Position numbers and translations under genes: made by a program | The notes under the pieces: generated by a model | Told to the model about the DNA's origin: nothing | Seen by the model: the letters and a program-made list of their open reading frames with translations, nothing else | Database searches by the model: none | Assembly: GCA_965204575.1 (NCBI GenBank) | Contig: OZ241993.1 | Location: forward strand, 1,752,664-1,816,663 | DNA length: 64,000 bases | From: an uncultured candidatus Porisulfidus sp. | Lineage (GTDB): Bacteria; Pseudomonadota; Gammaproteobacteria; Poriferisulfidales; Poriferisulfidaceae | Direction of reading: 5' to 3' | Part shown: in pieces, positions 42,201 to 54,968 of the stretch | Layout: every line of letters begins with the position of its first letter | Numbering within the stretch: position 1 is the stretch's first letter

Positions 42201-42677
42201 CTATTCGCCGCGCACCGCCATGATCTCGAACACTCGTTTCCCGCCAGGGGTCTCAACCGAAACTTCGTCGCCCTCCAAACAGCCGATCAGCGCCCGGGCA
42301 ATGGGCGAATGAACCGAAATCCGGTTTGCCTCGATGTCTGCCTCGTCCTCGCCGACGATCTGGTAGCACACGTGTTCTTCGGACTCCATGTCCACCAGTT
42401 CCACCGTAGTGCCAAACACGACCTTGCCGTTGATCTGCAACTCGGAGACGTCGATGACCTGCGCGTGCGACAGCTTGGACTCGATTTCCTTGATGCGCCC
42501 TTCCACGAACCCCTGCTGGTCCCGCGCCGCCTTGTACTCGAAATTCTCGCGCAGGTCCCCATGCGCGCGCGCCTCGGCGATCGCCTGGATCACGGCCGGG
42601 CGTTCTACCCGCTTTAGACGGTCAAGTTCTTCGCGCAGCAGGGTGGCCCCCCGCACGGTCATTGGCACTTTGCTCAT
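42201..42677 (-). CDS. greA: Transcription elongation factor GreA
   Basis: [10 protein letters not shown] and [11 protein letters not shown] motifs. Confidence 0.97.
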   Translation of the reverse strand: MSKVPMTVRGATLLREELDRLKRVERPAVIQAIAEARAHGDLRENFEYKAARDQQGFVEGRIKEIESKLSHAQVIDVSELQINGKVVFGTTVELVDMESEEHVCYQIVGEDEADIEANRISVHSPIARALIGCLEGDEVSVETPGGKRVFEIMAVRGE

Positions 42678-42719
42678 CGGTCCCCCAATCGGACTGGAAA
42701 ACGCACCCTGCGCGCATGC

Positions 42720-45700
42720 TCAGTGCACACGCTCGCTGTGCAAAGTCTGTAGTCGATAAACCTCTTCAGGCGTGCCACATTTTAACACGCGCACCAGGGC
42801 GCTGGCACCCGTCAAAGTGGTGGTATAGCAGACCTGATGCTGCAGCGCTTCCCGGCGAATGGTCAGCGAATCGCGGATGGCCTGCTTGTCCTGAGTCGTG
42901 TTGATGATCAGGTCGATCTGCCCGTCCTGGATCATGTCGACCACATGGGGCGAGCCTTGCGCCACCTTGTTGATTCCCGCGCAAGCCAGGCCCGCCTGCC
43001 TCAGATATTCCGCCGTGCCATGGGTTGCCATCAGTTCGAATCCCGCTTCGATCAGGTCGCGCGCCAACTCGATACTCCGGGACTTGTCCGGGTCGCGCAC
43101 GCTGATCAGGACGCGCCCACCGGTCGGGATGTTCACCCCGGCGGCACGCTGCGACTTGGCGAACGCCTCCTCGAAGCGGGCTCCCACACCCATGACCTCG
43201 CCGGTCGACTTCATTTCCGGGCCCAGGATCGGATCGACGCCCGGGAACTTGATGAAGGGGAACACCGCCTCCTTGACCGAGAAATATTCCAACTGCACCT
43301 CCCGGTCGCAACCCTGGTCGCGCAGGGACCGGCCCAGCATGCATGCGGTCGCGACCCGCGCCAGCGACCGGCCAGTTACCTTGGAGACGAACGGCACCGT
43401 CCGCGAAGCGCGGGGGTTGGCCTCGATCACGTAGATCGACTCTCCCTGCACCGCGAACTGGACATTCATCAGGCCCACCACCTCAAGTGCGCGCGCCAGC
43501 GCCTCGGCCTGGCTGCGCAGGGCCGCGATCACCGGCTCCCCGATCGAGTAGGCTGGCAACGAGCAGGCCGAGTCCCCGGAATGGATGCCTGCCTGCTCGA
43601 TGTGCTGCATGATGCCGCCGATCAGCACGTCCACGCCATCGCACACGACGTCGACATCGACCTCCACCGCGTCTTCCAGGTAGCGGTCGAGCAATACCGG
43701 GGTCTGGTCGGACACCTGCACCGCATCCTCGATGTATTGTTCAAGTTCCGCCTCGTCGAATACGATTTCCATGGCCCGTCCGCCCAGTACGTAGGAGGGC
43801 CGCACCACCAAGGGGTAGCCCAATCCGCGCGCCAAACTCAACGCCCCGTCGCGATCACGGGCCGTGCCTCCCGGCGGCTGGTGCAGCCCCAAGCCCTTCA
43901 GCACCCCGGTGAAACGCTCCCGGTCCTCGGACGCGTCGATCGCGTCCGGCGAGGTGCCCAGGATCGGGACCCCTGCGCGGGCCAGTCCCTGGGCGAGTTT
44001 CAGCGGCGTCTGCCCCCCGAACTGGACGATCACGCCGTACGGTTGCTCGACATGCAGGATTTCCAGCACGTCCTCCAGCACCAGCGGCTCGAAATACAGG
44101 CGATCGGAAGTGTCGTAGTCGGTGGAAACCGTCTCAGGATTGCAGTTGATCATGAGAGTCTCGAAACCCAACTCGCGCGCACCTTGGGCGGCGTGCACGC
44201 AACAGTAGTCGAACTCGATCCCCTGCCCGATCCGGTTTGGACCGCCGCCGAGCACCACCACCTTGCGCGCCTGCGTCGGCCGGGCCTCGCATTCCTCTTC
44301 GTAGGTCGAATAAAGGTAGGCCGTGGAAGTCGGGAATTCCGCCGCGCAGGTGTCGACTCGCTTGTATACCGGGCGTAGCCCCTGCTCATGGCGATGCGCG
44401 CGCACCGCTTCTTCGGTCGTCTCAAGCAGTTGCCCCAAGCGCTGATCCGAAAAACCGGCACGCTTGAGAGCAAACATTTCGTCTTTTGACAATTCCTCCA
44501 GAGTCCGGCCCGAGAGTGCCTGCTCCTGCGCCACCAGGTCCGCAATCTCCGCGACAAACCACGGGTCGATACCAGTCAGCTCGTAGATCTCTTCCGGGCT
44601 CCATCCCTCGCGCAGGGCGTCGGCGACGTGCCTCAGCCGGTGCGGATCCGGATACATCAGCCGATGCTTTCGCTCCTCCCGGTCCACCGGTCCAATCGGA
44701 TCCAGCCCGCATTGCCCGGTCTCCAGGCTGCGCAACGCCTTCTGCAGGGATTCCTGGAAGGTGCGTCCGATCGCCATCGCCTCCCCGACCGACTTCATCT
44801 GGGTGGTCAGGAGCGGCTCGGCCTGCGGGAATTTTTCGAACGTGAAGCGGGGAATCTTGGTGACGATGTAATCCAAGGTCGGCTCGAACGAGCACGGCGT
44901 CGCACCATCCGTGATGTCGTTGCGGAGCTCGTCCAGCGTGTAGCCAATGGCCAGGCGGGCCGCCACCTTGGCGATCGGAAAGCCGGTGGCCTTGGAGGCA
45001 AGCGCCGAGGAGCGCGAAACACGCGGATTCATCTCGATGATCACCAGCCGCCCGTTGTCCGGATGGACCGCGAACTGCACGTTGGAGCCTCCGGTGTCTA
45101 CGCCGATCTTGCGCAGCACCGCGATGGAAGCGTCGCGCATCCGCTGATACTCCTTGTCCGTCAGGGTCTGCGCCGGCGCCACCGTGATCGAGTCCCCGGT
45201 GTGCACCCCCATCGGATCGAGGTTCTCGATCGAGCAGACGATGATGCAGTTGTCGTTGGCGTCGCGCACCACCTCCATCTCGAATTCCTTCCAACCCAGA
45301 AGCGACTCTTCCAACAAAACCTCATGGGCGGGTGACAGGTCCAGGCCATGCGCGACAACGCGCCGCAATTCTTTCTCGTCCCGGGCTATGCCTCCCCCGG
45401 TTCCGCCCAAAGTGAACGAAGGCCGCACAATCACGGGATAACCGATCCGGGGCTGGAAATCCAACGCCTCCTCCACGCTGCGCACCACCCGGGATTGAGC
45501 CTGCTCCAGCCCGATCTCCCCCATGGCCTCGCGGAACAGTTGCCGATCCTCGGCCATGGCGATGGCCTCCAGCGACGCGCCGATCAATTCCACGCCGTGA
45601 GCCTGCAGCACCCCTTCGCGGTGCAGATCCAGCGCGCAGTTCAGGGCAGTCTGCCCGCCCATGGTCGGCAGCAGCACGTCCGGTTTTTCGCGCTCGATGA

Positions 45701-45929
45701 TGCGCGACAGGGTCTGCCATTCGACCGGCTCGATGTAGATGGACTGCGCCATCTGCGGGTCGGTCATGATGGTCGCGGGATTGGAGTTGACCAGGATGAC
45801 GCGGTAGCCCTCCTCGCGCAGCGCCTTGCAGGCCTGCGCCCCGGAGTAGTCGAATTCGCAGGCCTGGCCGATCACAATCGGTCCGGCCCCGATCACGAGG
45901 ATGCTTTCGATGTCGGTCCGCTTAGGCAT
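42720..45929 (-). CDS. carB: Carbamoyl-phosphate synthase large subunit
   Basis: [28 protein letters not shown]; duplicated ATP-grasp domains. Confidence 0.99.
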   Translation of the reverse strand: MPKRTDIESILVIGAGPIVIGQACEFDYSGAQACKALREEGYRVILVNSNPATIMTDPQMAQSIYIEPVEWQTLSRIIEREKPDVLLPTMGGQTALNCALDLHREGVLQAHGVELIGASLEAIAMAEDRQLFREAMGEIGLEQAQSRVVRSVEEALDFQPRIGYPVIVRPSFTLGGTGGGIARDEKELRRVVAHGLDLSPAHEVLLEESLLGWKEFEMEVVRDANDNCIIVCSIENLDPMGVHTGDSITVAPAQTLTDKEYQRMRDASIAVLRKIGVDTGGSNVQFAVHPDNGRLVIIEMNPRVSRSSALASKATGFPIAKVAARLAIGYTLDELRNDITDGATPCSFEPTLDYIVTKIPRFTFEKFPQAEPLLTTQMKSVGEAMAIGRTFQESLQKALRSLETGQCGLDPIGPVDREERKHRLMYPDPHRLRHVADALREGWSPEEIYELTGIDPWFVAEIADLVAQEQALSGRTLEELSKDEMFALKRAGFSDQRLGQLLETTEEAVRAHRHEQGLRPVYKRVDTCAAEFPTSTAYLYSTYEEECEARPTQARKVVVLGGGPNRIGQGIEFDYCCVHAAQGARELGFETLMINCNPETVSTDYDTSDRLYFEPLVLEDVLEILHVEQPYGVIVQFGGQTPLKLAQGLARAGVPILGTSPDAIDASEDRERFTGVLKGLGLHQPPGGTARDRDGALSLARGLGYPLVVRPSYVLGGRAMEIVFDEAELEQYIEDAVQVSDQTPVLLDRYLEDAVEVDVDVVCDGVDVLIGGIMQHIEQAGIHSGDSACSLPAYSIGEPVIAALRSQAEALARALEVVGLMNVQFAVQGESIYVIEANPRASRTVPFVSKVTGRSLARVATACMLGRSLRDQGCDREVQLEYFSVKEAVFPFIKFPGVDPILGPEMKSTGEVMGVGARFEEAFAKSQRAAGVNIPTGGRVLISVRDPDKSRSIELARDLIEAGFELMATHGTAEYLRQAGLACAGINKVAQGSPHVVDMIQDGQIDLIINTTQDKQAIRDSLTIRREALQHQVCYTTTLTGASALVRVLKCGTPEEVYRLQTLHSERVH

Positions 45930-45934
45930 GGTGC

Positions 45935-47071
45935 TCAGCCGGACTGCCCAGCGCGATGCTGTTGCATCAGGTTGGTGAAATGATCGAACAGGCTGGCCAC
46001 GTCATGCGGGCCGGGGCTGGCCTCCGGGTGCCCCTGGAAGGCAAACGCCGGCGCCTCGGTGTGACTGATTCCCTGCACGGTGCCGTCGAACAGCGAGCGG
46101 TGAGTGAGGCGCAAATGATCCGGCAGCGACTCCTCGTCCACCGCAAATCCATGGTTTTGGCTGCTGATCAGGACCCGCCCCGTGTCCAGTTCCAGCACCG
46201 GGTGGTTGGCGCCGTGGTGGCCGGTCTTCATCTTGACCGTGCGCGCACCGCTGGCCAAACCGAGCAGCTGGCAGCCCAGGCAAATACCGAACATCGGGAT
46301 CTTGGCATCGAGCAGTTCCTGGATCGCCTCCTGGGCGTAGGTGCACGGCTCGGGGTCTCCCGGCCCGTTGGACAGGAAGACGCCGTCCGGATCCTGGGCG
46401 CGCACTTCGGAGGCCGGAGTCATGGCCGGCACCACCGTGACCGCGCAGCCCCGCTCGCGCAGCAGGCGCAGGATGTTTTGCTTGATCCCGTAGTCGTAGG
46501 CCACTACCCGGTATTGCACGGGCGGCAACTCGCCGGACTCCGTCTCCCAGGCTCCTTCGTCCCAGTCGTAGGCCGTCTCCGTGGTGACTTCCCGTGCCAG
46601 ATCCATTCCCGCAAGCCCGGCAAACTCGCGGGCCTGCTCGACCGCCTGGTCCGAGTCGGAGACATCCGTCGTGAGGCAGCCCGACTGGGCACCCTGATCG
46701 CGCAGGATCCGGGTCAAACGGCGGGTGTCGATCCCGGCAATGCCGGGCAACCCGTGGCTTTCAAGAAAATCACCCAGAGGCCGTTCCCCGCGCCAGTTGC
46801 TCATGCGCGCGGGCACGTCGCGGACAATCAGTCCGGAGGCATGCACCTGGGGACTTGATTCGTTGTCCTCGTCATTGGTGCCGACATTCCCGATATGCGG
46901 GTGCGTCAGCGTAATCAGTTGCCGGCAATACGACGGGTCGGTCAGGATTTCCTGGTAGCCGGTGACGGCGGTGTTGAAAACGACTTCGCCGACGGCGGTG
47001 GCGTCCGCCCCAATAGAATCTCCGAAAAACAACGCGCCGTTTTCGAGAGCGAGCAACGCGCGTTTGGCCAA
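45935..47071 (-). CDS. carA: Carbamoyl-phosphate synthase small subunit
   Basis: GEVVFNT..TGYQE, SNGPGDP, GICLG and [10 protein letters not shown] motifs. Confidence 0.98.
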   Translation of the reverse strand: MAKRALLALENGALFFGDSIGADATAVGEVVFNTAVTGYQEILTDPSYCRQLITLTHPHIGNVGTNDEDNESSPQVHASGLIVRDVPARMSNWRGERPLGDFLESHGLPGIAGIDTRRLTRILRDQGAQSGCLTTDVSDSDQAVEQAREFAGLAGMDLAREVTTETAYDWDEGAWETESGELPPVQYRVVAYDYGIKQNILRLLRERGCAVTVVPAMTPASEVRAQDPDGVFLSNGPGDPEPCTYAQEAIQELLDAKIPMFGICLGCQLLGLASGARTVKMKTGHHGANHPVLELDTGRVLISSQNHGFAVDEESLPDHLRLTHRSLFDGTVQGISHTEAPAFAFQGHPEASPGPHDVASLFDHFTNLMQQHRAGQSG

Positions 47072-47175
47072 GAATGTCTCCTGAAAGTCCGGCTTTGGGC
47101 TTGGCGAGCCTTTAAATTATGCCGGGAAACCATTTTACAGCAGAGGGATCAAGCCTCGAAAAACCGCTGAAGAAT

Positions 47176-47316
47176 TTATTCGGTCGAATCCACGATAACG
47201 AATTCTGCTTCTTCCCAAAAAGATTCATCCAATTCGGGAATATCACTGAAATCAATATCCTCGTCTTCAATCTCTGCGATCTGCTTGGGAGTAAGTGGTT
47301 TACTATATTTGGCCAT
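47176..47316 (-). pseudogene. Truncated BrnA-like antitoxin
   Basis: [11 protein letters not shown]...FW..A N-terminal BrnA pattern; C-terminal RHH and BrnT toxin absent. Confidence 0.6.
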
Positions 47317-47361
47317 GATTTTCTCCAATTCCGCCCGGCACCTTGGCGAGAAGATTACAGC

Positions 47362-47649
47362 ATGCCGATGAAAAGTCCACCCCACCCGGGACAATCCGTG
47401 CGCCATGATTGTCTGGAGCCCTTGGGCCTTAGCGTAACGGAAGCAGCTCGCAAGCTTGGCATTAGCCGCAAGCAACTCTCGAATATTGTGAATTGCCGCT
47501 CGGGAATCTCCCCCGAGATGGCGATTCGTCTCGACAAGGTCTTTGGCGGCGGAGCTGAAACCTGGTATCGAATTCAGGCGTCCTACGACTTGGCCCAAGC
47601 TATGAAAAAAGCAAGCCAGCTCACCAAGCGACTCTCACCTGCAACCTGA
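47362..47649 (+). CDS. higA: HigA family antitoxin (orphan)
   Basis: PPHPG...[24 protein letters not shown] and W..IQ..YDL motifs; start ATG 47362. Confidence 0.9.
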   Translation: MPMKSPPHPGQSVRHDCLEPLGLSVTEAARKLGISRKQLSNIVNCRSGISPEMAIRLDKVFGGGAETWYRIQASYDLAQAMKKASQLTKRLSPAT

Positions 47650-47665
47650 CGGTCCCTATCACACC

Positions 47666-49225
47666 CTATTCAACCGGTACCGGAGACGTAAACACGAACC
47701 GGGCGAGCCCGTTGCCGTAGTTGACCGCGCAACGTGGCGGCAGGGATTGCAGCATGTTGGTATCCACCAGGTAGCGCTCCGACTGGCGCAGGCTGCGAAT
47801 GTCCCGCTCGCGCTCAGCGAGAACTGTGTTTGTCTCAAGGCTTTTCACCTCGTCGTCCACCAGGATATTCCCGCTCATGCGCGCCAGCCACAGTGCGGTG
47901 TCCGGATCATTGACCTGGTAGGAGAATTTCAGGGCGCAGTTCTCGGTTACCGAAGACACTACCTGCTCCGGGTCCAAGTCACCGGGGACATTTCGCAGAT
48001 CGTTGACCGTCTGGTGTGCCAGCACCAGGTGCGCCCGCTTGTCCCGGATGGAAGCAAGTGCCTCCAGCACGGGTGCGCTGACCAGGTAGCGGAATTCATC
48101 CAGGAACAGGCAGACCTGACGGGCTTCCTCGCGAGCACGCCGCTCGCAGTGCTGGATCACCGACAACACGAATATCTTCTGCAGTTTGAGGATACGGGAG
48201 TGGCGTACGGAACCGCGCACGTAGATCACCGCACCCTCGGCAATCGCCCCGGCAATATCCAGCCCTTCCTCGGCTCGCGCCGAAGGGGTCGCAACGATTT
48301 CCTCCATGTCATCTATGAATTTCGTTGCCTTGCGCGCCACGGGCTGGCCGCGGAATGTCTCCAGCAGAATCGGCAAAGGTTCATCGTCGTACAGTTGCGC
48401 GAACTCCCGCGCGGCACGACGGTCGTTGAGGCGATAGAAATCCGCCTCGGTGCCCCGCTCCCCCAGGCCCAGGCTCGCCACCAGGAGTTCTTCAATCTCG
48501 TCCGCCGTCTTGCCTCGAAGAGGGTTCCACTGCGCTGACTCGGCCATAAGATCCAGGCGATAGAACGGCACGCCCGCCTCTCGGGCGGCGCGGGCCATCA
48601 CCCGTGGTGCGTATTCGTCGTCCTTGGGATCGACCATCACCACCGCCTCACCCTGCCGCACGGCTTGGGTCAACAGGACTCCGGCCAGAACCCCCTTGCC
48701 GCTGCCGGTCATGCCGACGATGTCGACATGGGAGTTTCGCCACAAGGCTTGATCGACATGAACGGCACCGCCGTCCGGGTCCAGGCCCAAGAAGATTTGC
48801 TCCGGCGACCCGCAATGAGGCAGCGGGTCATAAGCATCACGAGCCTTGGGCAGCAAGTCTCCGACCGTGCGGATGTCGGTCCGCGCCTCGCGGGCCAGCG
48901 GGCTGCGCTGCATCCAGCGCCCGCGCCAACGTTCAAGCAGGCTGGTCGTCCCGCGTGCCGCGAAGGCGGCCACCGCCGCTCCGCCCAGGAACTCTCCGAC
49001 GAACAGCAAGACATGCCAGTCCGGACGACCCGCCCCCGCCACGTGCGGGGCCAGGATGACCAGCACGGTCGCGGCGGACAGCATCAGCATCAATAGGCCG
49101 AGCACCCGCGGCGCCCGCAGCGAACCGAGAACAAAGAGGATTCCGCCTGGCAGGCCGAGCCAAGGCCAGCCCCATGCGTAGAACAGGTTTTCCGACAGGC
49201 CGCCGACGAGTTCCCAAAACCCCAT
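47666..49225 (-). CDS. Type IV secretion coupling protein (TraD/VirD4/MobB-like ATPase)
   Basis: N-terminal TM helices, Walker A GMTGSGKG, VDPK, Walker B LFLDE, LAHQ and TA.WLA.MSG motifs. Confidence 0.85.
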   Translation of the reverse strand: MGFWELVGGLSENLFYAWGWPWLGLPGGILFVLGSLRAPRVLGLLMLMLSAATVLVILAPHVAGAGRPDWHVLLFVGEFLGGAAVAAFAARGTTSLLERWRGRWMQRSPLAREARTDIRTVGDLLPKARDAYDPLPHCGSPEQIFLGLDPDGGAVHVDQALWRNSHVDIVGMTGSGKGVLAGVLLTQAVRQGEAVVMVDPKDDEYAPRVMARAAREAGVPFYRLDLMAESAQWNPLRGKTADEIEELLVASLGLGERGTEADFYRLNDRRAAREFAQLYDDEPLPILLETFRGQPVARKATKFIDDMEEIVATPSARAEEGLDIAGAIAEGAVIYVRGSVRHSRILKLQKIFVLSVIQHCERRAREEARQVCLFLDEFRYLVSAPVLEALASIRDKRAHLVLAHQTVNDLRNVPGDLDPEQVVSSVTENCALKFSYQVNDPDTALWLARMSGNILVDDEVKSLETNTVLAERERDIRSLRQSERYLVDTNMLQSLPPRCAVNYGNGLARFVFTSPVPVE

Positions 49226-49250
49226 GCGAGTTAGTCCATCAACGTCCGTG

Positions 49251-49338
49251 TGGCGGAGAGGGAGGGATTCGAACCCCCGGAACCTTTCGGTTCAACGGTT
49301 TTCAAGACCGCCGCATTCGACCACTCTGCCACCTCTCC
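49251..49338 (-). tRNA. tRNA-Ser (anticodon UGA)
   Basis: GGAGAGG acceptor stem, anticodon arm GCGGT-CTTGAAA-ACCGT, long variable arm, GTTCGAATC T-loop, encoded GCCA 3' end. Confidence 0.97.
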
Positions 49339-49372
49339 GCATGACGTCCCGGCGGCTAGCAGCCGTAGCGGG

Positions 49373-50188
49373 CTAGTCTAACATCGCGAGTACATCCTGC
49401 ATCGAATACAGCCCGGGTGATCGGCTAGAGACCCAGGCCGCCGCACGCAAGGCGCCACCGGCAAAAATCTCCCGGCTGCCCGCCCGGTGCACCAGTTCCA
49501 ACCGTTCGTTGTTCCAGGCGAAAACCACCCGGTGCTCGCCGACAACGTTGGCCATCCGCATGATGTGATATTGGATCTTGTGCGCATCTCGTTCGTCGCC
49601 GGTCGACAGGGCTTTGAACGAAGCGCAGTCCGGGAATGCCTGTTCCCTTCCCTTCGCCGCCGCCTTGCCCAAGGCCAGCGCAGTGCCGGACGGGGCGTCG
49701 TGCTTCTTGCGGTGATGCAGTTCCACGATGTCCGTGTCCGTCTCGTCGCCAAGCGCCTTGGCGGCCTCGGTGACCAGGTTCAGCATCAGGTTGACGCCGA
49801 TGCTCATGTTCGGCGCCATCACGATCGGGATTTTTTTCGCCGCCTCGGCAACGGCTTCCAACTGCTCTTTGTTGTGTGCGGTCGTGCCGACCACCATACC
49901 CTTTCCCTGTCCCACACAGAACCGGGCCAGTTCCACCGTGTATTCGGGACACGTGAAGTCGACCGCAACGTCGAAATCCCCGTGGCAGTACTCGAGCGAC
50001 CCGGAAATCGCCACGCCCGACTCCTCCCCTCCCGAGAACAGTCCGGCGTCCTGCCCGACCACCAGTTCATCCTGGCTGTGCGAGCTGGCCGCGCCCAGCG
50101 CAATGCCGGGAGTCTCCAGCGCCACCCGCACCAGGGTGCTGCCCATCCGGCCGGTAGCGCCGGCGATCCCTACTCGAACTTTTTCCAT
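49373..50188 (-). CDS. dapB: 4-hydroxy-tetrahydrodipicolinate reductase
   Basis: GATGRMG, VVGTT, APNMSIG and [15 protein letters not shown] motifs. Confidence 0.97.
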   Translation of the reverse strand: MEKVRVGIAGATGRMGSTLVRVALETPGIALGAASSHSQDELVVGQDAGLFSGGEESGVAISGSLEYCHGDFDVAVDFTCPEYTVELARFCVGQGKGMVVGTTAHNKEQLEAVAEAAKKIPIVMAPNMSIGVNLMLNLVTEAAKALGDETDTDIVELHHRKKHDAPSGTALALGKAAAKGREQAFPDCASFKALSTGDERDAHKIQYHIMRMANVVGEHRVVFAWNNERLELVHRAGSREIFAGGALRAAAWVSSRSPGLYSMQDVLAMLD

Positions 50189-50204
50189 TTGAAAACCTTT
50201 TTTT

Positions 50205-51335
50205 CTAGTGCAGCCAGGACTTCAGGTTGTCCACAAAATACCGCCCCCGCTTCAGCCAGGAATCGGCACGGGGGGAGTGTACCTCATTTCCGGTCAGGGA
50301 CTCCTCCAGTTCATCCAAGAGTTGCCGTTGTTCCGCATTCAAGTTCACCGGGGTCTCGACGACCATGGTGCAGATCATGTCGCCCTGAGACGAGCTGCGG
50401 ATCGAACGGACGCCCTTGCCGCGCAGGCGCAGCGACACGCCCGTCTGCGTCTCCGGAGGAATCTTCAGGTTCACGTGACCGTCCAGCGTCGGGATCTCGA
50501 CGGTCCCGCCCAGCGCCGCCATGGCAAAACTGATCGGCACGTCGCAGTGCAGGTCGTCCCCCTTGCGGCGGAACAGGCGGTGCTTGCGCACCCTCACCTC
50601 CACGTACAGGTCGCCCGCCGCGCCGCCGCGCATGCCGGCCTCACCCTCTCCGGACAGGCGAATCCGGTCTCCCCGATCCACGCCCGCCGGGATCTTGACC
50701 CGCAGCGTGCGCGTCTTGCGCACGCGCCCCGAACCATGGCAATCGTGGCAGGGCACGCGAATGATACGGCCCTCGCCGTGGCATTTCGGGCAAGTCTGGC
50801 GCAAGGTGAAGAAGCCCTGCTGGACCACCACCTCGCCGCGGCCCTGGCAGGTCGGGCAGATTTCCGGCTGGGTGCCGGGCGCGCAACCGGAACCGTTGCA
50901 GGTCTCGCACTGCGCCGCCATTTCGACATCGAGTTCGCGGGTGACCCCGAACACGGCTTCTTCCAGGTCCAGTTCGATCCGGTAGGCCAGGTCCGCGCCG
51001 CGCGATTCCGTACGGCCCCGATTCGCCCGGCCGAACATGTCGCCGAACACGTCGCCGAATATATCCTCGAACCCGCCAGCCGCTCCGGCGAAGCCGGACG
51101 CGCCCGAGGCCCCGACCGCATCGTGCCCGAAGCGGTCGTACAGGGAACGTTTCTCAGGATCGGACAGGACGCCGTAGGCTTCCTGGATCTCCCGGAATTT
51201 GCTGTCCGCGTCGGAATCGTCCTTGTTGCGGTCCGGGTGGTGTTTCATGGCCAGCCGGCGGTAGGCCTTTTTCAGATCCGCCTCGCTGACCTGGCGGTCG
51301 ACGCCTAGTACCTCATAGTAGTCACGCTTGGCCAT
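50205..51335 (-). CDS. dnaJ: Chaperone DnaJ
   Basis: J domain HPD, four CxxCxGxG repeats. Confidence 0.98.
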   Translation of the reverse strand: MAKRDYYEVLGVDRQVSEADLKKAYRRLAMKHHPDRNKDDSDADSKFREIQEAYGVLSDPEKRSLYDRFGHDAVGASGASGFAGAAGGFEDIFGDVFGDMFGRANRGRTESRGADLAYRIELDLEEAVFGVTRELDVEMAAQCETCNGSGCAPGTQPEICPTCQGRGEVVVQQGFFTLRQTCPKCHGEGRIIRVPCHDCHGSGRVRKTRTLRVKIPAGVDRGDRIRLSGEGEAGMRGGAAGDLYVEVRVRKHRLFRRKGDDLHCDVPISFAMAALGGTVEIPTLDGHVNLKIPPETQTGVSLRLRGKGVRSIRSSSQGDMICTMVVETPVNLNAEQRQLLDELEESLTGNEVHSPRADSWLKRGRYFVDNLKSWLH

Positions 51336-51362
51336 CGGACGTTCGGCATCGAGCCATCCCCG

Positions 51363-53306
<1,944 letters not shown>

Positions 53307-53351
53307 GAGGTTCTGTTCTCCCAGGTCGGCCGACACGGCCGGTTAGTTCAT

Positions 53352-53380
53352 AAATGTGGATTAATAGGTGAGAAATCAAG
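53352..53380 (-). promoter_or_regulatory. Sigma32-like promoter for dnaK
   Basis: Minus strand CTTGAT-N14-TCCACATTT, resembling CTTGAA-N13/14-CCCCATNT. Confidence 0.55.
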
Positions 53381-54002
53381 TTGGATCTGCGGTTTCGTCC
53401 GCGGACCCGGAGCCGGTCTCTTTGCTTTCTTCGCCCGGCTCCTCCGATGCCACCTCGGCCGCCACCACTACCCGGGCCGGGCGCAGCAGCCGGTCCTGCA
53501 GCCGGTAGCCCTTGCGGAACACCTCCATCACGCTCCCGGGGGCGAATTCCCCGGCGGGCTGCATCGCCACCGCTTCATGCAATTGCGGGTCGAATATTTC
53601 TCCTGATGGATCAATGATTTCTATTGAAAACTTGTCAAATATGTTAACCATGTGCCGCAGGGTCAATGCCTGCCCTTCCCGGACGGCTTCCGGGACGCCC
53701 TCGTCCCGCGTCATCGCCTCTTGGGCTTCCTCCATCGCGTCCAGGATTTCCAGCAGTTCGCGCGCCAGCGGTTCGACGCGATAGCGTGCCGCCGCCTCGC
53801 GTTCGCGCTCGTGGCGCTTCTGCAGGTTCACCAGTTCCGCCTGCGTCCGGGCCAGCGCGTCCTGGAGCTGCTGCACTTCTTCGCGCAGGCGCTCGACCGC
53901 CGACCCTTCTTCGGGCTGATCCGGGGGGGCTTCCCCGGACTTCGGCTCCTCGGGCTCGGCCGCCTTCTTGGGCGAAGGTTTTTTTGATTTGGATGGGGTC
54001 AT
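53376..54002 (-). CDS. grpE: Nucleotide exchange factor GrpE
   Basis: FDP.LHEAV and KGYRL.DRLLRPA.VVV motifs. Confidence 0.96.
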   Translation of the reverse strand: MTPSKSKKPSPKKAAEPEEPKSGEAPPDQPEEGSAVERLREEVQQLQDALARTQAELVNLQKRHEREREAAARYRVEPLARELLEILDAMEEAQEAMTRDEGVPEAVREGQALTLRHMVNIFDKFSIEIIDPSGEIFDPQLHEAVAMQPAGEFAPGSVMEVFRKGYRLQDRLLRPARVVVAAEVASEEPGEESKETGSGSADETADPT

Positions 54003-54028
54003 GGATCGGAAGCGGCGAATTGCCGTTA

Positions 54029-54057
54029 ATTATGGGCTCGGATTAAACACTTTCAAG
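54029..54057 (-). promoter_or_regulatory. Sigma32-like promoter for grpE
   Basis: Minus strand CTTGAA-N14-GCCCATAAT. Confidence 0.65.
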
Positions 54058-54171
54058 TCGGGACATTTCTTTGGACAGGTTTGTGCATATCCGGGTGCCC
54101 AAAAATTCTCTGACCAATCAGCCAAATCGTGCCAATGGTATAATCTGCCAATCAGGTTTCAGAACTCGTTC

Positions 54172-54474
54172 ATGCCTACTCGGAATGTTGTGCTGACCAA
54201 CCATCAGTCAGATTTGATCATGCAACTCGTCTCCTCGGGGCGTTATCAAAATGCCAGCGAAGTCTTGCGCGAGGGCATCCGGCTGGTCGAGCTCCAAGAG
54301 GAGGAATGTCGGATTTATCTACAGGCCCTGCGCGAGGCTGCCGAGGCTGGCATTACCGATATTGAGGCAGGACGTTTTCAGGATTTTGGTACCCCTCAGT
54401 CACTGCGCCGCCACCTCTCCGCCTTAGCAAAAACGTTCCTTGCCGGAAAATTCCCTGACGAGAACAACGGCTGA
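54172..54474 (+). CDS. parD: ParD family antitoxin
   Basis: MPTRNVVLT...LVSSGRYQNASEVLREGIR pattern; start ATG 54172. Confidence 0.9.
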   Translation: MPTRNVVLTNHQSDLIMQLVSSGRYQNASEVLREGIRLVELQEEECRIYLQALREAAEAGITDIEAGRFQDFGTPQSLRRHLSALAKTFLAGKFPDENNG

Positions 54475-54836
54475 TGGCGAAAACCCGCCGTTGGGCAATT
54501 CGTTTGACGGCAATCGCTGAACGAGACTTTCAGAACATTCTCCGCTGGACACAAGAACATTTTGGGAAGAAGCAAGCAAGCGTATACGCTGAGACCTTGA
54601 TTCGCGCCATCAACGCGTTGACAGAAGGTCCAAGTACGGCAGGAGCCAAGAAGCGCAACGAAATCGCCAAGGGACTCATGACGCTTCATGTGGCGCGGAA
54701 AGGGCGAAAGGGTCGGCATCTGGTGCTGTACCGGGCTAATTCCGGAGCCAGCACTCCCACCATTGAAGTGCTGCGCCTGCTGCATGATTCCATGGACTTG
54801 CCCCGTCATGTGGACCCAGACGAAGATGGCGATTAA
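54474..54836 (+). CDS. parE: ParE/RelE family toxin
   Basis: LT..AE.D...I..WT...FG..QA..Y, H.V.YR and VLRLLH..MDL motifs; 1-nt overlap with antitoxin. Confidence 0.9.
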   Translation: MAKTRRWAIRLTAIAERDFQNILRWTQEHFGKKQASVYAETLIRAINALTEGPSTAGAKKRNEIAKGLMTLHVARKGRKGRHLVLYRANSGASTPTIEVLRLLHDSMDLPRHVDPDEDGD

Positions 54837-54968
54837 CGGATACAAACCTTCTTGACACCACCCCTGTAGAGCATCTCACCCCACCGGCCTTCCCTTTCTT
54901 CTCCCCCTCAAACATCCCTCCTTGCAGGGCTTACAATACAGTTCCGACCCAACACCGGACAAATTCTG

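Noticed and set aside
47340-47361. GAAGATTAC (EDY) just before higA as a relic of a HigB C-terminus
   Set aside because: Only three codons; indistinguishable from chance
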